DNA of 64,000 bases from the NCBI GenBank assembly GCA_976226885.1, contig OZ320314.1, positions 100,316,001 to 100,380,000 on the forward strand, read 5' to 3'. Shown piece after piece: positions 25,831 through 38,532 of the stretch. Origin of the DNA: Iphione sp. A-MEVVRFRX5. Lineage: Eukaryota. A model generated the notes under the pieces. That model saw only the letters and a program-made list of their open reading frames with translations, was not told the DNA's origin and did no database searches. A program made the position numbers and the translations under genes. Position 1 is the stretch's first letter. Every line of letters starts with the position of its first letter.

Positions 25831-28800
25831 TGTAATCATCTTTAAATTATTGTTCTAGTTGCCATTTATTTGCTAGCAATGATTAATTGCAATGAGTAAT
25901 GAGGAATAATCAATCAATACATGTAACTCAGTTAGAGATTGTTTTGAATTCATTTCTATTTGAAATGTACTTGTACAGGTTTACAATGATGCTTATAGTA
26001 AAGAATTGTCAAGAGAAGCTCAAATTGCTTGTAACCGAATACATTTGGAGCAACAAACGTAATACAACTGTCAGCCGGTAGACCGGTTGATTAGTAAAAG
26101 ACAAAAAGCTCTACTTATATAGATCTCAGCATGCTCCAGTAATTGATATATAGTACAACTAGTACAACTGTACATGGTATGGTCCATGTGAAATATCAGC
26201 ATTACTCTATGATGTGAAAGCATGCTATCTTGTTTTTAATATCATTGTGACTGTACTGACCGTCCCCACAAACTTCACTACTACTTATGAACATTTGCAC
26301 ATAAGACAAATATTGATCTCTTAAAGGCAATTAGCGCAAAAGTGCTGCCATGTGTGATGTGTAAGTCCTAAGTTGGTCTACCACTTCCAGTGATCACTCC
26401 TATAAAGCCAATAGCAAAAGAATATATTTGAACATTTTTGAGTCACTCGATGCTTGTGTCAGTTTCCATGTCAACCAGTTTTCATGGATACAATAAGTTA
26501 TAGGGTAATATCACACTAAAGGAATACGGATTGGAGATTGAAAATGTTCAAAGCACCATTGACATTAAAAGTTTTATTATATCGTTACAGTGCCTGTATA
26601 TACAATATGGGACCACTCCTCTATCATACACAGATGAAAAATAAATCTATCAATGATTACAATTTACAGAGGAGAGTCTTCAAAACACTTTTGACATTAA
26701 AAGTTGGCCTTGCCTTTTCCTTCACTGCACACCTGTGGACACCACTGATAATTCCTGCAAGCGAAGTGTATTACTACCTATTCATATGTAGGATCTTTGG
26801 CAACCTCTATGAAGGCCGCTGATAATTTGCGTAATTTGGGATATTATACATATAGGTAGGCAGAGGCTTTCTTTTTTGGGGATCGTTTTCGCAAAAAGTA
26901 CTAGGTGGCAGATTGGTTTTGCTTTGGATAAATCCACCAGATGGCAATGTTTGTTTGTACTGACATTCAAGACCAAGCTGAGTAGAACTCTGCGAGTCTA
27001 GGTAAAAATATGTTAAACAGTTCGTTACTTGTCCTGATAATTCAAAAGATAAAACAAAACAGCTGGAGAGAATCTATCGCTAAGACTTGGATTATCATTC
27101 AAAAGAGTCCGTTTTTGACAGCATAAAATCTATTTGTTTATTTCTGTTACCCTATTAGTATCAAGGCAACTCAATGTATTTTGTGTGTATCCTAGGGGGA
27201 TGGATTGTTATAATTGCGTGAAATGCGTTTATACATATACATATATCTACACGTTGTTGCTTTTTCTTTGTCCCATTTTTGAGTATGATCCAGCAGAAGT
27301 TGGTTCATTCAAAGTCCACTATTATAGAGAACATGTCACAAGTCAAATGTTCATTAGTTATTAAGCCCCTTGCGAACATTTCCAGTGATGTCCAGAGAGG
27401 CACGGCGGTCGTATTTACGGTTGCGACGAGCTCAAATAACGGTGAACCTGCACGCTAATTAAGCTCTTTATATTAATGTTAATCACCGGTGAGCATTCTC
27501 TGTGGCCACTTTCTTGGCTATGCCGGCGCCCACTGTCTTTGATCCTCGCCAAGGATTTTTTTGGTCAACGCCAGAATCGCCTGCTGATTCCTCCGACTTG
27601 ATTAGCGGTCCAATTAGCGGCCTTGGCGGGGGAAGGGGACGCCTCCCAAACAAAGGACGTGCTGGGCATGGGGAAGAAGGAGGAGCGAGAGAGGGAAGTA
27701 CACACGGGGATAAAAACAAGAAGGTTATGTGAAATGAACTTTGGAAGGGAAGGGTGACTGGTTTTGAATAAATGTAAACATGGAAGGAGGTGGCATGCTT
27801 TTGGGTGACAGAAAAATGGATACATGTAGATAGATTAAGATAGATGGTCAACAGAGACAAAGATACAGCAAGACAGAGTGGAGACCAAATAGAGATGAGT
27901 TAAAATAACAGAGAATAGACAGAAGTGTGATCAATCTGAAATGGAAAATTCTGCTCAGTGTTGTTTCTATATTATATATAAAGACAATACCATACAGCGA
28001 AGGAGGAAAGTAATAGCTGAGGGAAGAGGAGGGGAAAGAGACACGAGAGAGTCGACGGACCGCCACAGATGGATAATAAAAGAAAGAGGAGGGGAGTAAA
28101 AAAGGCCACTGATAGGATGGAACAGAGTGTGATAAAACAAGTAGAAAGGCAATTAATGTGTGAGGAACTAGAGGACAAACGAATTGATTGAAGTCGGATC
28201 TAAGTGAATTGGGTCATCTTACAAATGTCAGAGAGAAGGATCGTAAATGCAGAGCATCGATGAAAGATAATGACACGTACTTTGATCATCACGGTACGTT
28301 CTGTAGCGTAAGTTCTGTGTGCACATCATGTACATGGCAAAGCACTATAAAGAACAATAGTAGAGACTCTTTGAAGCCAGAGAGGCTCCAAGGACGCTGA
28401 TGTTTGATATTGTGTCGCATTGTGGATTATCAATTTATGGCATTGAAAAGGTCTTTGTGACCAGGTGAGACTGCCCGGCTACTAGGGTAGCCGCACGGGG
28501 GAATTGCCCGCTACGTGATTTGCTACGGTTTGTTTCCCAGAAATATTGCATTTTAAGATAACATAACGATTTCTAAAGATAACTATGAATGTGTTCCCCT
28601 TCAATGTCCTATACTTATACATGTTTCCCCCCTTACAAGCGTCCGAATAAGGCTGTAGCAATCAACATCAAGTTTATAAAGCCGAAGTAAAGCTTTGAGA
28701 AGCTGAGGCTGAGGGTTTAATCTTGACACAAAACTCGTAGGTGTATATCATCCATTCCTCCGAGTTTGCAGTGTATCTTAGCACATGAACAGGGGATCTT

Positions 28801-31297
28801 AAATGAAGAATGGTATAGAGCTTTGTGCCGTAACGGGACCCAAAAAGTATTGCAGGAATGCGTTAGTGATTTATATGAAGCACCGTTTTGTCTAATAAAC
28901 GCAAACATGTGCCAACTTTACGTAAAGGTATAACAATCATTTGGATACGAGAACCTAGCAAACTAACAGTTAATGACATTTGCTGTATATATACCGATAG
29001 ACTTAGCATTACTATTATGTATCTATGTAATTTAAAAAGCAGGAGATTGAAAAAACACAAATGAAAACCATGAAGACTGTACAATAATCCAATTATTTAA
29101 TTACTAATTTCATCGTCCTTTACAATTCGTTGTCTCTAGAACACATTTTTAAAATGGCTAAATGGGGCATATTGCCTTCCCTATGACAACCAAAATACAT
29201 GTATATATCCCCTTTTCGTATTAACCTTAGAAGACCACGTGATAAAAAGACGAAATATATGTTCCTTTTGTACACTTTGTCTCATAAATATATGATAGAG
29301 AAAACACATAGAAACGTTGACTCTATGGTTTGAAGGATACCTCACGTCATCTGGTAAAAAGTACACATGGAAGAATACGTACATACAATCGAAATACATG
29401 TACTCCCATTGAGCCTGTTACTTGTTTCTTTCCTAGACTGGCCTTATAAACGAACAGTGTGACGATGTAAGGAGATGTTGTATACTGAATATAATTCTGT
29501 CATCTCCTTGTTTCTAGCCTTCATATAGCTGTGTGACAAACACTGGTCAGTCTTCTTCGTTTTTATTGCCGGGATACAAACATTGGTCCCTTCAGTGAAC
29601 AAAGTGTCTCCGATATCAGTCAACTGCGTGTGGTCTGTATTAAACTTTAAGGATTTATTGCATCAACTTCCATCGTTTTTTTCACAACCTACTAATTGGA
29701 ATTGTGTCATATAGGAAACTCAGAACGTAGTGCAATACACAAAACCGAACTTTTTTTGTGTCAATGTGAACAAGAATTTTTACCTAGCATAATAGTGTCA
29801 CATGTACGGATGTTCGCAATGTGGTATACTTTTGTAAACCTCTTAGCTCCTTCAAACATTTTGATCACGGACCCCTCAATAACTCCTATTTTTTAGACAA
29901 TGCACAAGATATACTAATCTACATCTGCAAACTATGAGAAAACAAAATTTTGATATACGTTTCGTGAGCCCTTTTTATCTGTTGTCTGAATGAGGACCTT
30001 AAAGACAAACAAACAAAACCTATCCCATGGTTGAGAGCACATTTGCTATCAGAGCTATAGCTAGTTTTAAAATTGTATTGTGCAGGGAAGAGATGTATTG
30101 AACATAATGAATTATCTAAGCAAAGTTGATCAGTACTATGCATGTGACACGTTGGCGTCCTGCTGCAATATTGTAACAGAATGAACTGAATGAACTGCTG
30201 TTTGGTACTATTACTCCATTGTAACCCAACATAATTGCTTTTCCAGTGGCTACTACATGGCAATGGCCATTCCGCTGCCCCAGTCGCCAATATCTGAGGA
30301 TTTATGACCAGAACAATTCCGAATACTGCAATTGGACAAGTATTTGTCGACTATACAACAAAAGTGGGTATTATATTCGTCACTGTTCCTCACGCGCCGA
30401 TGAATATTCGAGAATGATGAACAACCATGGTTTCATTATGCATTCATTGGCTGTGTTGAGCTGATAAAATTTGGACAACAGATAAGGACCAGCACACAAT
30501 TAGATGGTGTAATTGTCTCCAGCTAATTAACGGATAAAGTGGCCAGAACACAAAATGAAATGATACTATTCTTGATCAGGATAATGAAACTTGCAAAGAA
30601 TTTTCAGTTCTATACCAAATAACAGAATGTGAAAACGAAAAATATACCATTCTTAAGAGTAGTTCTATTCTATGTCACCGTACACGTAGCAATAACAAGA
30701 GGTTCGAAAAAGGGGACTTTCCCTGCAGAAAGTCGTTTGGTTAATCAACTATAAATGCTAGTTTCGGTGTTTATTCCGTATGTGCTTCATTTTTGTGCAA
30801 GAATCATCGTATGGCCGTACGCCTATATACATGTACATGAATATAAGGGCACTGTCGATATGTCATGCATGTTTACGAGTAGGGCGGAGATCTAAAAGGC
30901 CATACAAGACCAGCCTAAAAAATAGAGCAGAACAAGTCTGGAACGAAGGTTCTGCACAGTTTCGCAGGTTGCCTGAGATGGCAGTTTATATCGAGCACTC
31001 TGGTGCAGTATTCTGTTTATTATATACTTTTAATAAACATTTTGAAAAGCAATTAGAATGCTATTTAAAATCGACAAGGAGGAGAGGAACGTATCTATCC
31101 TCCACCATTTTGGATAGAGAATCTATGGTGTAAATCATTACTGTGGACTGTAGACAATAGTATTTACTTGAACTGTTGATGTTTATTTGTGAGTTAGATA
31201 TTATTCTCTCCAAATGGTTGGCCTGGCCACATTTTTAGCCAGGGAAGATAAAAGTTTAATACAAATCTTTGGAGTTTTTACAGACCATTCTACCTTT

Positions 31298-31370
31298 TTC
31301 CGGGACTGGTACCCTGTTCCTAACTTAGTCAAAACGTACATATGAAATGAGGGCATGGGTACCAGTCGAA
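31298..31370 (+). ncRNA. Candidate pre-miRNA hairpin, miR-10-family-like 5p arm
   Basis: Perfect 11-bp inverted repeat GACTGGTACCC (31304-31314) / GGGTACCAGTC (31357-31367) with partially paired upper stem; 5p 22-mer TACCCTGTTCCTAACTTAGTCA. Confidence 0.3.
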
Positions 31371-32648
31371 GTTAATGAAAGTGCAATGTACAGAGGTTTG
31401 TTAGCTTCCGGTTGGCAAGTGGTTCAAAAACATAAGTAAATATTCATGCAATCTATTCTGTACAATACCAAATCAACAGAAATCCGCCATGTCCAACGCA
31501 GCGTGCTGTATGAGTTCATGGTGTGCCCTTGTCGTTGTATATAGGACAACTATAGCCATGCAGTATTTCTCCAGTATCCCGGCCTAGGCATAATGTTATA
31601 AATACAAATGTATTTATGTATAATCCTCTTCGTCTTTACATATTTAACTGTTACAGTCATGTGTGGGGAGTAGACTTCTGTCTGTATTCACCTATTGGCT
31701 TTGCTACGTCATGTGTATGAGAGTATGTGTATCTAAATATATTCGTATGTATGTATGCGCGTGTGTCGTCGGGAAGTATACAGATATGAATCTGAGCTGT
31801 ATGTGTTTGCATGTGTGGCCTTGGGTCGTTCGACTTTGTCTATAAATGGCTTCGTCCTTTGGCACTTGGCTTCCATTCGAGAGGTGCAGTGGGGTTACGG
31901 TGCTGTGACTTGAGACTCTCAAGGAGGCAGTTCATCATCGTTATCCTGCTGCCACAGAGGGCAGGGCAGACGTGAAGTCTTAATCAATACCATGGTTTCC
32001 TGATGCTTTTGCCCAATCATGACGTTTTAAAAACTACCCCGACTAGAGTTTACCATAACGACTGAACCTAGCAAGAAGAACATGACACTTTTTTTTCATT
32101 TGAATTGACGATTTTGTACAAGGAGGTAGTCGTCAGGACAATGCCAGAAAACAACGTAGGTAAGCTTTCTGACCAAAGTTCTTTTCTATGGTTATCAGGT
32201 AAGAAGACAATATATTTAAGTTTGAACATCACATTTTCGGATAAAACATTTTGTACATACATCATACTGTGACGAACCGATGTCGCATTCGTGTTGTCGC
32301 CGAAGAGAAGTAATGAAATATTTACACATTTTATGTACATGCGGCAGCTTCATACAGGAAAGAGGGTCGATACTCTTACTACTAGCTATCACGGCCGTGC
32401 ATTCCTCGCACCACAATTAATATCAATTCCATGATATAAATATTCACGCATTCTGTCTGACGCATGCCGTTCTCCTGGACATCCGACGCTTCTTCCACAC
32501 TTATACACAGACGATGACTTTTAAGGCCAATTTTCGTGAAAGTGTCAGGCCAATCGTTCATTGAGCATTTTCAGGGGGCTGGGGCTGGGAGGTTGGACGA
32601 ACAGGTGGCGCCACCACTCAGAACCGCACAGATGACACCAATCGGTCA

Positions 32649-32783
32649 TCACGTCAATAACCAGCTGAAGAATCCGCTTATTATCGCCCATGCAACGGGC
32701 AGTCCACGGGCGTAACTCCAAAACTGACCACCAGGCGGTATTGGCCGGCAGGAAGACGAACGGAAGTCATCGAAGATGTAATC
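32649..32783 (-). CDS. Terminal coding exon: GPI-anchor signal-like C-terminus of PLAC-repeat mucin-like protein
   Basis: Acceptor ccgttccgtttgcag|GAT, phase 0 matching upstream donor; DYIFDDFRSSSCRPIPPGGQFWSYARGLPVAWAIISGFFSWLLT* = small-residue omega region (SSS), spacer, hydrophobic tail ending at the stop. Confidence 0.75.
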   Translation of the reverse strand, partial: DYIFDDFRSSSCRPIPPGGQFWSYARGLPVAWAIISGFFSWLLT

Positions 32784-35309
32784 CTGCAAACGGAACGGGA
32801 TGTGTAAGTGATTAAACCCTTAAGTAGCTTCGTCAGGAGAATAATCGACGTGAACTGACTTGAACGGTTTAATGGACCATAGTTGTATGGATTAATTTCT
32901 AAATAAGGGAACTGTTTGCAAGAGGTATTTGTAAATCTTGATACATGTACTACAAGCCGATGACTTGTACGAACGTATACATTATGTATGCATCATTCCG
33001 ATTGCCATTTTCATCGTGCTGTCTAAAATAAGATGTTATGCGCAACATAGTGAACTAAAGTCCTATTTGCAAAATTATATGATGTGATAAACTATGGCAC
33101 AGGGAGACATGACTTCCACATCCTATTGGTCCTGTCTGGCGTAGAGGTCGGTCAGAATGCCTGCGCTACGTATGGACATGGGACAATTTGTACGTGTTTT
33201 GGATCACAATATTCGAATTGTCTTAACTTAATTCAAAGTTGCACTTACTAAGATATAACAAACAAGTAATTCTTCTGTCTACAACCAAATAGATAATCAA
33301 TGGGGAGTTTGTCTTTTCTCGTATGGCATGTGTAGACATTCTTTGGGTGGCCAACATGCACCTAATTACAATATAACGTATATATGACTATGACAATGTG
33401 TTACGCATACTGGCGTGTACCGCCCAAGTACGGAATAGTTCAGATATACCTATGTCCGTAAATATAATTATGCACAGTTGCACTCATATAATTGTTCTCT
33501 GTAAGCAATTTACAAAGCGAGTAGAAGAGATTGTGGTGTTAGACTCCCGCCAAGGGACACCCTTATTTAAATCTTTGAGGAGTGAACTATACAAGCGGGC
33601 GTCCGGGGAGAGCTTGTCACAAGGCAGTTACTACTGATGTAGCCAATCGACGCAAGCACCCGGTGCAGGAACGTCCAGTGCCATGCTGGCGATAGGGCCG
33701 GATCGCGCCAATTCAGCCTTTCAGGACTGCCCCTTCCCGACACGATTTGGCTTTCACTTGTCAGGTGGGCTCCATGAAAGGGCGCGGAGGCCCAAACAAT
33801 CCACGACAGCGCCGTTGTGATGTGTCGTAGGAACCGGCCTTAACTTTAGTGTGGCTATTTACGAGTGTGTCCTGAGGTACTTGATGTGGCTTTTAAGTGG
33901 AGACTCACCCGAATGGGTGAGGTTTGGTAATCGTTTACTCTTACTTAACGACCGTAGATTTTTCCTGACACATAGACAGACAAGGTATGGCTATTTTCTT
34001 GATAAATAGTGTTTGGTACTGCAATTACATGTGATGATCATTAATAAAACTAATGTCAACACTCAGAGCAGTGACATGCCTATTCTTTCTTGAATATACA
34101 GGTGGGAAAGGTGGGAGGACAGATCACTCTGACGTCACAATGGACTTGCATGTTCTTATCTTATAGAAACAAAATGGCAGATTAGTGTCCATCAACCTTT
34201 CTACTTTGTAACATGAAGAGTATAAAGTGTTTTGGGCACAACCAAGACAACGATAACTTTTAAGTTTAACAGAACTTTCTGATGTTTTTGGAACTGATTT
34301 TGACTTACATTTTGGTTTATTTGGAGAGTTTTAGTACAGAGCGCCAAGCTCTCCACAAACAGGAAGTCAACAAAGAATCCAACTTATGCACATACTCAGG
34401 ATCTATTTATTGGGCAACTCATGCACACAAGACTTAAACGTTTTCAACGGGATGCTTGCTACTCGAAATACATGAAAAATCGATCCAATAACCTTAAAAA
34501 AGGTATAGTGTTACTCATTATCATTGCTAGAACAGCATTGAAGTATATTTTATCATCAAACGTCATCTGATTGACAACCCTTGCCCTCAGGAAAGGACTT
34601 TGTCAGACAGACCTTTCAGTCGAAACCATACTTAAATGCCTAGACAAAATTAAGGTTGGCCGGATGTTTCTTCCAATTCGATTGATTGAGCTTGAGCACT
34701 GTGAAAATGTTGATATGGTGAAGCTTCAAATGCAGTCCGTTATCGACAAAATCAATCCGTTCAAAATTTACTCATGGGATTGATTTTTATAAATGAAAAT
34801 TCTAAATGGGTTGAAAAAGGCATAATGCTACAGGCTACTAATGTGTTATGTACATGCTTATCAAACCCTGAAGACGATTGTAAAGTGGAAATGCAATGGC
34901 AGTGAGCAAGTAATGTAGGAAATCAAACTAACAAATATACTAAGACTTGACGGAGATGAGGGAATAGAGTGTAACGTTGCAATACATCTAGAAAAAGGAA
35001 AGATCGGCCGCTGCAAGTATTTTCAAGTACTAAGAGAAGATTGTGACTATTTGGCGAACACAATAACTTGGAAAGGCGTATTATGAATATGCAATGATTT
35101 TCATAACTGCTTTCCTACGAGAGGCACACGACAGGGATTTTCTGTTCTCAATTCTACCTTAGAAAAAAATCAACTGAAAAGAATTGAAAAGAAATATTTT
35201 CGGCTTAAAGGTGGAAGACACGAAGAGTTTGGTGGTGCGAGCCAATCGGCAAAATAGAAGATGGTAAAAAAATCTGTATTGCAACGCCGCTAACGACTAG
35301 CTCCCTTAC

Positions 35310-36433
35310 CTCGCGTTCAGCCGGAATGTAACGGTACGGTACCTCTTGTGTAACACCGTTTTTGTGGTGCCCCTTCTTGTGGTGATGACCTCCTCCATGA
35401 TGGTTCCCCCCAGCCCCACCACCAGCACCATTGTGGTGGTGGTCGCGGTGGTGGCCCCGGCCTCCCTGGTGCCCACCGCCCTCCCCAACAATGTTATCAA
35501 TAGTGATGTCACCGTCACCCTCGCCGGACGCCTCAAGAGCGTAGTCCTCGTCGTCCTCCAAGCTCTGGTGGTAGGAAGAAGAGGAGCTAGAGGGAGGACC
35601 CACGCTAGGGCTGGACGAGGAGGGCTGATTGCTATCTGAACCCCGCGCCCGGGCGGTGGACGGTGGAGTGTCGCGCAGTTTGATATGAATTTCGGTGGCT
35701 GTGGAAACTGTCGTCGAGGCCTTGGATGCGGAGGAGGTGGGGCGGGAGGAGAAGAAGGGTGCTAGTGTGGTTGGGCCATCGCGGGCCGGGGTAGCGCCCG
35801 GAAGACCAGACCTGTAGGTGATGGTGGCCGGGGTGCTGGTGACCGAGTCCGTCAGTTTAGTTCGACCGCTTTCTTCACCAGCCACCGTGCTGGTCTCCGT
35901 CCTCGTCGAACTCTGCTCGTTCGCCGCAACCACCGGTGGTGTCGACGATAGAAAATGGGAGGACTCCTCCTGGGAGCCGTGGCCCAAACTCCCTTGTCCA
36001 TTCTTATTTCCTGCTATCTCCGACATAGAGACGTTGCTGGCGAGGGTCTCATTAGCGGTTCTCGAATTGTTCAGTGGTGTTGTACCCACCGTTCGCAAGG
36101 CGGTGCCGGAAATGCCTGATGCCGCTGTCGGGGACGACGACAGCGACGACCTGGGCGACGTTGGCTGGTCATCGTCACTTATTCCATCCCCGGGCTTTGT
36201 GTCCGGGACATTAGTAGCTGCCGGCGAGGCGGTAAGCTGGTTCTCAGTTACCTTCGCTCTGGCGGTATCTGCAGTGGACGATGAGGCCGGGCGTGATATT
36301 GTCGACGAATCGACCGAGGTGCTCGAGCTGCTGTTCGACGTCCGTGTCGATGCCACGCTGGCAACAGTAGCATTGAAACTGACTTTCGTCATAACATGCG
36401 CTGTTGATGTGGGCACTGTAGGCCGTTCGCTGC
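35310..36433 (-). CDS. Large exon: Ser/Thr-rich mucin-like stalk, acidic Ser-Gly motif, His/Gly-rich tract
   Basis: Acceptor tcttttcgcttgcag|GC (phase 1); open frame identical to ORF 35205-36416; donor CGCGAG|GTAAGG at 35310 (phase 0), alternative in-frame donor CAAGAG|GTACCG at 35343. Confidence 0.9.
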
Positions 36434-36849
36434 CTGCAAGCGAAAAGAGTCATAGGTATAACTGCTAATTCGCATTTCCTATCCAGATTTGTAGTTTTCT
36501 GTGGTAAGTTTTTTTTTCCGATTTGTCCAAGTTAGATACAATACGTTATATACCGCATACATTCTTATAGGTATTGTCTTCTTACAAGCTTTTAGGCATG
36601 GCATCTCCTTTGTGGTCAATATAGGACTACGACGCTAATTGGAAGAAATAGTTCAGATGGAGATATAAGGTACTTGGTACTGTGCACTCTGATCTATTTG
36701 TGCGAAACACATTTAGAGAGAATGCTGAGCATCGGTAAGTTATTCAAACGAGACAGATAAATACTTTATTTAGTCATATTTTGCGTAGCATTCCCACTAA
36801 AAAAGATGGGCTCCACTGCAGTCACAACTTTTCTAAATCCCTTTTTACT

Positions 36850-37676
36850 TATAGATATTTTGAGGTAAACTTGGTGTTTAACAATCTTTTAAGCTCATCA
36901 AAGTGTGCCTACATGCCGCTAGGGAAGGCGAATGGTATTCCCCTGGATGTGAATCTAGGGAGGGAGCCACTCGTGATGGCCAAGGAAGTGAATCTCCTTG
37001 GGTATGTGATTGATGGCAGCTTTGGAATGAAAGGTAGTGTGGCCCTGGTCAAGAAAAAGGCTTGGTATGCCTCACTCAGACTTTCGCGCCTAAAGAGATC
37101 CTTGCCATTGCAGGCAATGATCATTCTGTTCAAGGCACTTGTCATGCCGTACTTTGTATATCACTCGGTTATGTGGTATGCTAGTTCAGCATCGGCAAAG
37201 GTAAGGTTACAAATCCACCTTAACCGATGTGCTAGGATTTCACTACAAACAGGGACCTTTTTGTCCTCTAGCAAATTGTGATGACGAACTGGCTGCACTA
37301 ATAATATTCGACATTATGTTGAACTCGTACTGCAGTAGCAGACTTGCGTTTACATCTGAGAAAGTGCAATGTACTGTCTGTCAATAATTAACTCATCGAG
37401 AAGAACAGACCTGTGATAGCATTTTTTAGATCGGTGATAAACGTCAAGATGGTGATTGACTGTGATTTTGTGAAGAGCATTGCTGATAGTATTACATCAT
37501 AGAGCTGGATACGGCTGTGATATTACATCTTCATTTGTGCGTCTCTTTTATAATAACAAGTGATCATGTTTTGCATGCCATATCTCTTTTATCATTTGTA
37601 ATCAGTTTATGTGAAAAGCTCTGTATTTTATTCGGAGACATAAATAAATCAATCAATTCAATCAATTCAATTCAAT
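36850..37676 (+). mobile_element. 5'-truncated L2/CR1-type LINE (RT C-terminal region plus 3' tail), intronic, antisense to host gene
   Basis: NNLLSSSKCAYMPLG...LLGYVIDGSFGMKGSVALVKKKAW...LRLSRLKRSLP...LFKALVMPYFVYHSVMW...RLQIHLNRCARI is the L2/CR1 RT C-terminal pattern; AATAAA at 37643 followed by a (TCAA/TCAAT)n tail to 37676. Confidence 0.85.
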
Positions 37677-38391
37677 AGGTTATTACATTTTTTAACACCA
37701 AGGGCACATCTTGCCAGAGATGACGTTTCCATTAGCATTTACCAGGAGAGTTCCGAGGCACTAACAGCAGACTGAATTACCAACAAACATGTGGTTAGGT
37801 TTTCCTTAAAAGGTATCCCTCTTTTTCGAGATGAAGTGTCGAAACATTTTCAGCACGCAGGGAATTGGTAATTCACGTGAATTCCTAACGAGATAATGCA
37901 AAGGCATTACTGGAATTGAACAACTGCAGGCAATCAGTGAGTTGGAAGAAGAAGGACATGATGCACTAGTTCGGTTGCGAATGTGCGATGATCGTCAAAC
38001 TCTATTTCTATGAAGAGCAAAAAGTACCTGCAGACGTAATGCCAGAGATATTTTTGAGCATTCCTTTCCATTTTCTGTCATGTTTGTGACCTATCGTGCA
38101 ATTGACGTTTCTTTTTCTTTGTGTGCGTAGGTTCTCAATTTTTTATTACGATGAAGTAGAAAGACGAAGAAACAGAGTGATCCGTTTAAAAATAAAAATA
38201 TGTCAAATATGGAGATGAAAGAACTGAGGCAAGTGCATCCATATGGAGATAAACCTATAACCAGGTCATTGGCTACGAGAGTGAAGGTTCAAGGCTCAAC
38301 AGCTGCAGCACAAGCACATGGGGGGAATTGTTGTTGAAGGAAATAGAGTCAAAGGAGACAATGCAGAACGTGCAAAGAAGCGTAGACGTAC

Positions 38392-38532
38392 TCTTGTCCG
38401 TGCTGGTGGATGAGGAGTCGCCGTGGAGGAGACGGTGGCAGGTTTCACAGCACGATGATCTGGCTGCCGGATCTTTACATCTCTCCCTTGTGAAGTAGGG
38501 GCACCAGATCTCCCGATTACCGTACGGACAGT
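38392..38532 (-). CDS. 141-bp phase 1-1 exon, six-Cys PLAC-like module 3
   Basis: Acceptor tcatttgatccag|AC, donor AAGA|GTACGT; DCPYGNREIWCPYFTRERCKDPAARSSCCETCHRLLHGDSSSTSTDKS. Confidence 0.9.

Noticed and set aside
28484-28501. Helitron 3' hairpin (CGGCTAC-TAGG-GTAGCCG)
   Set aside because: No CTRR terminus at the expected short distance and no matching 5' TC end identified.
35346-36468. Plus-strand ORFs 35346-35639 and 35818-36468
   Set aside because: Antisense shadows of the low-complexity minus-strand mucin exon, which has the splice support.
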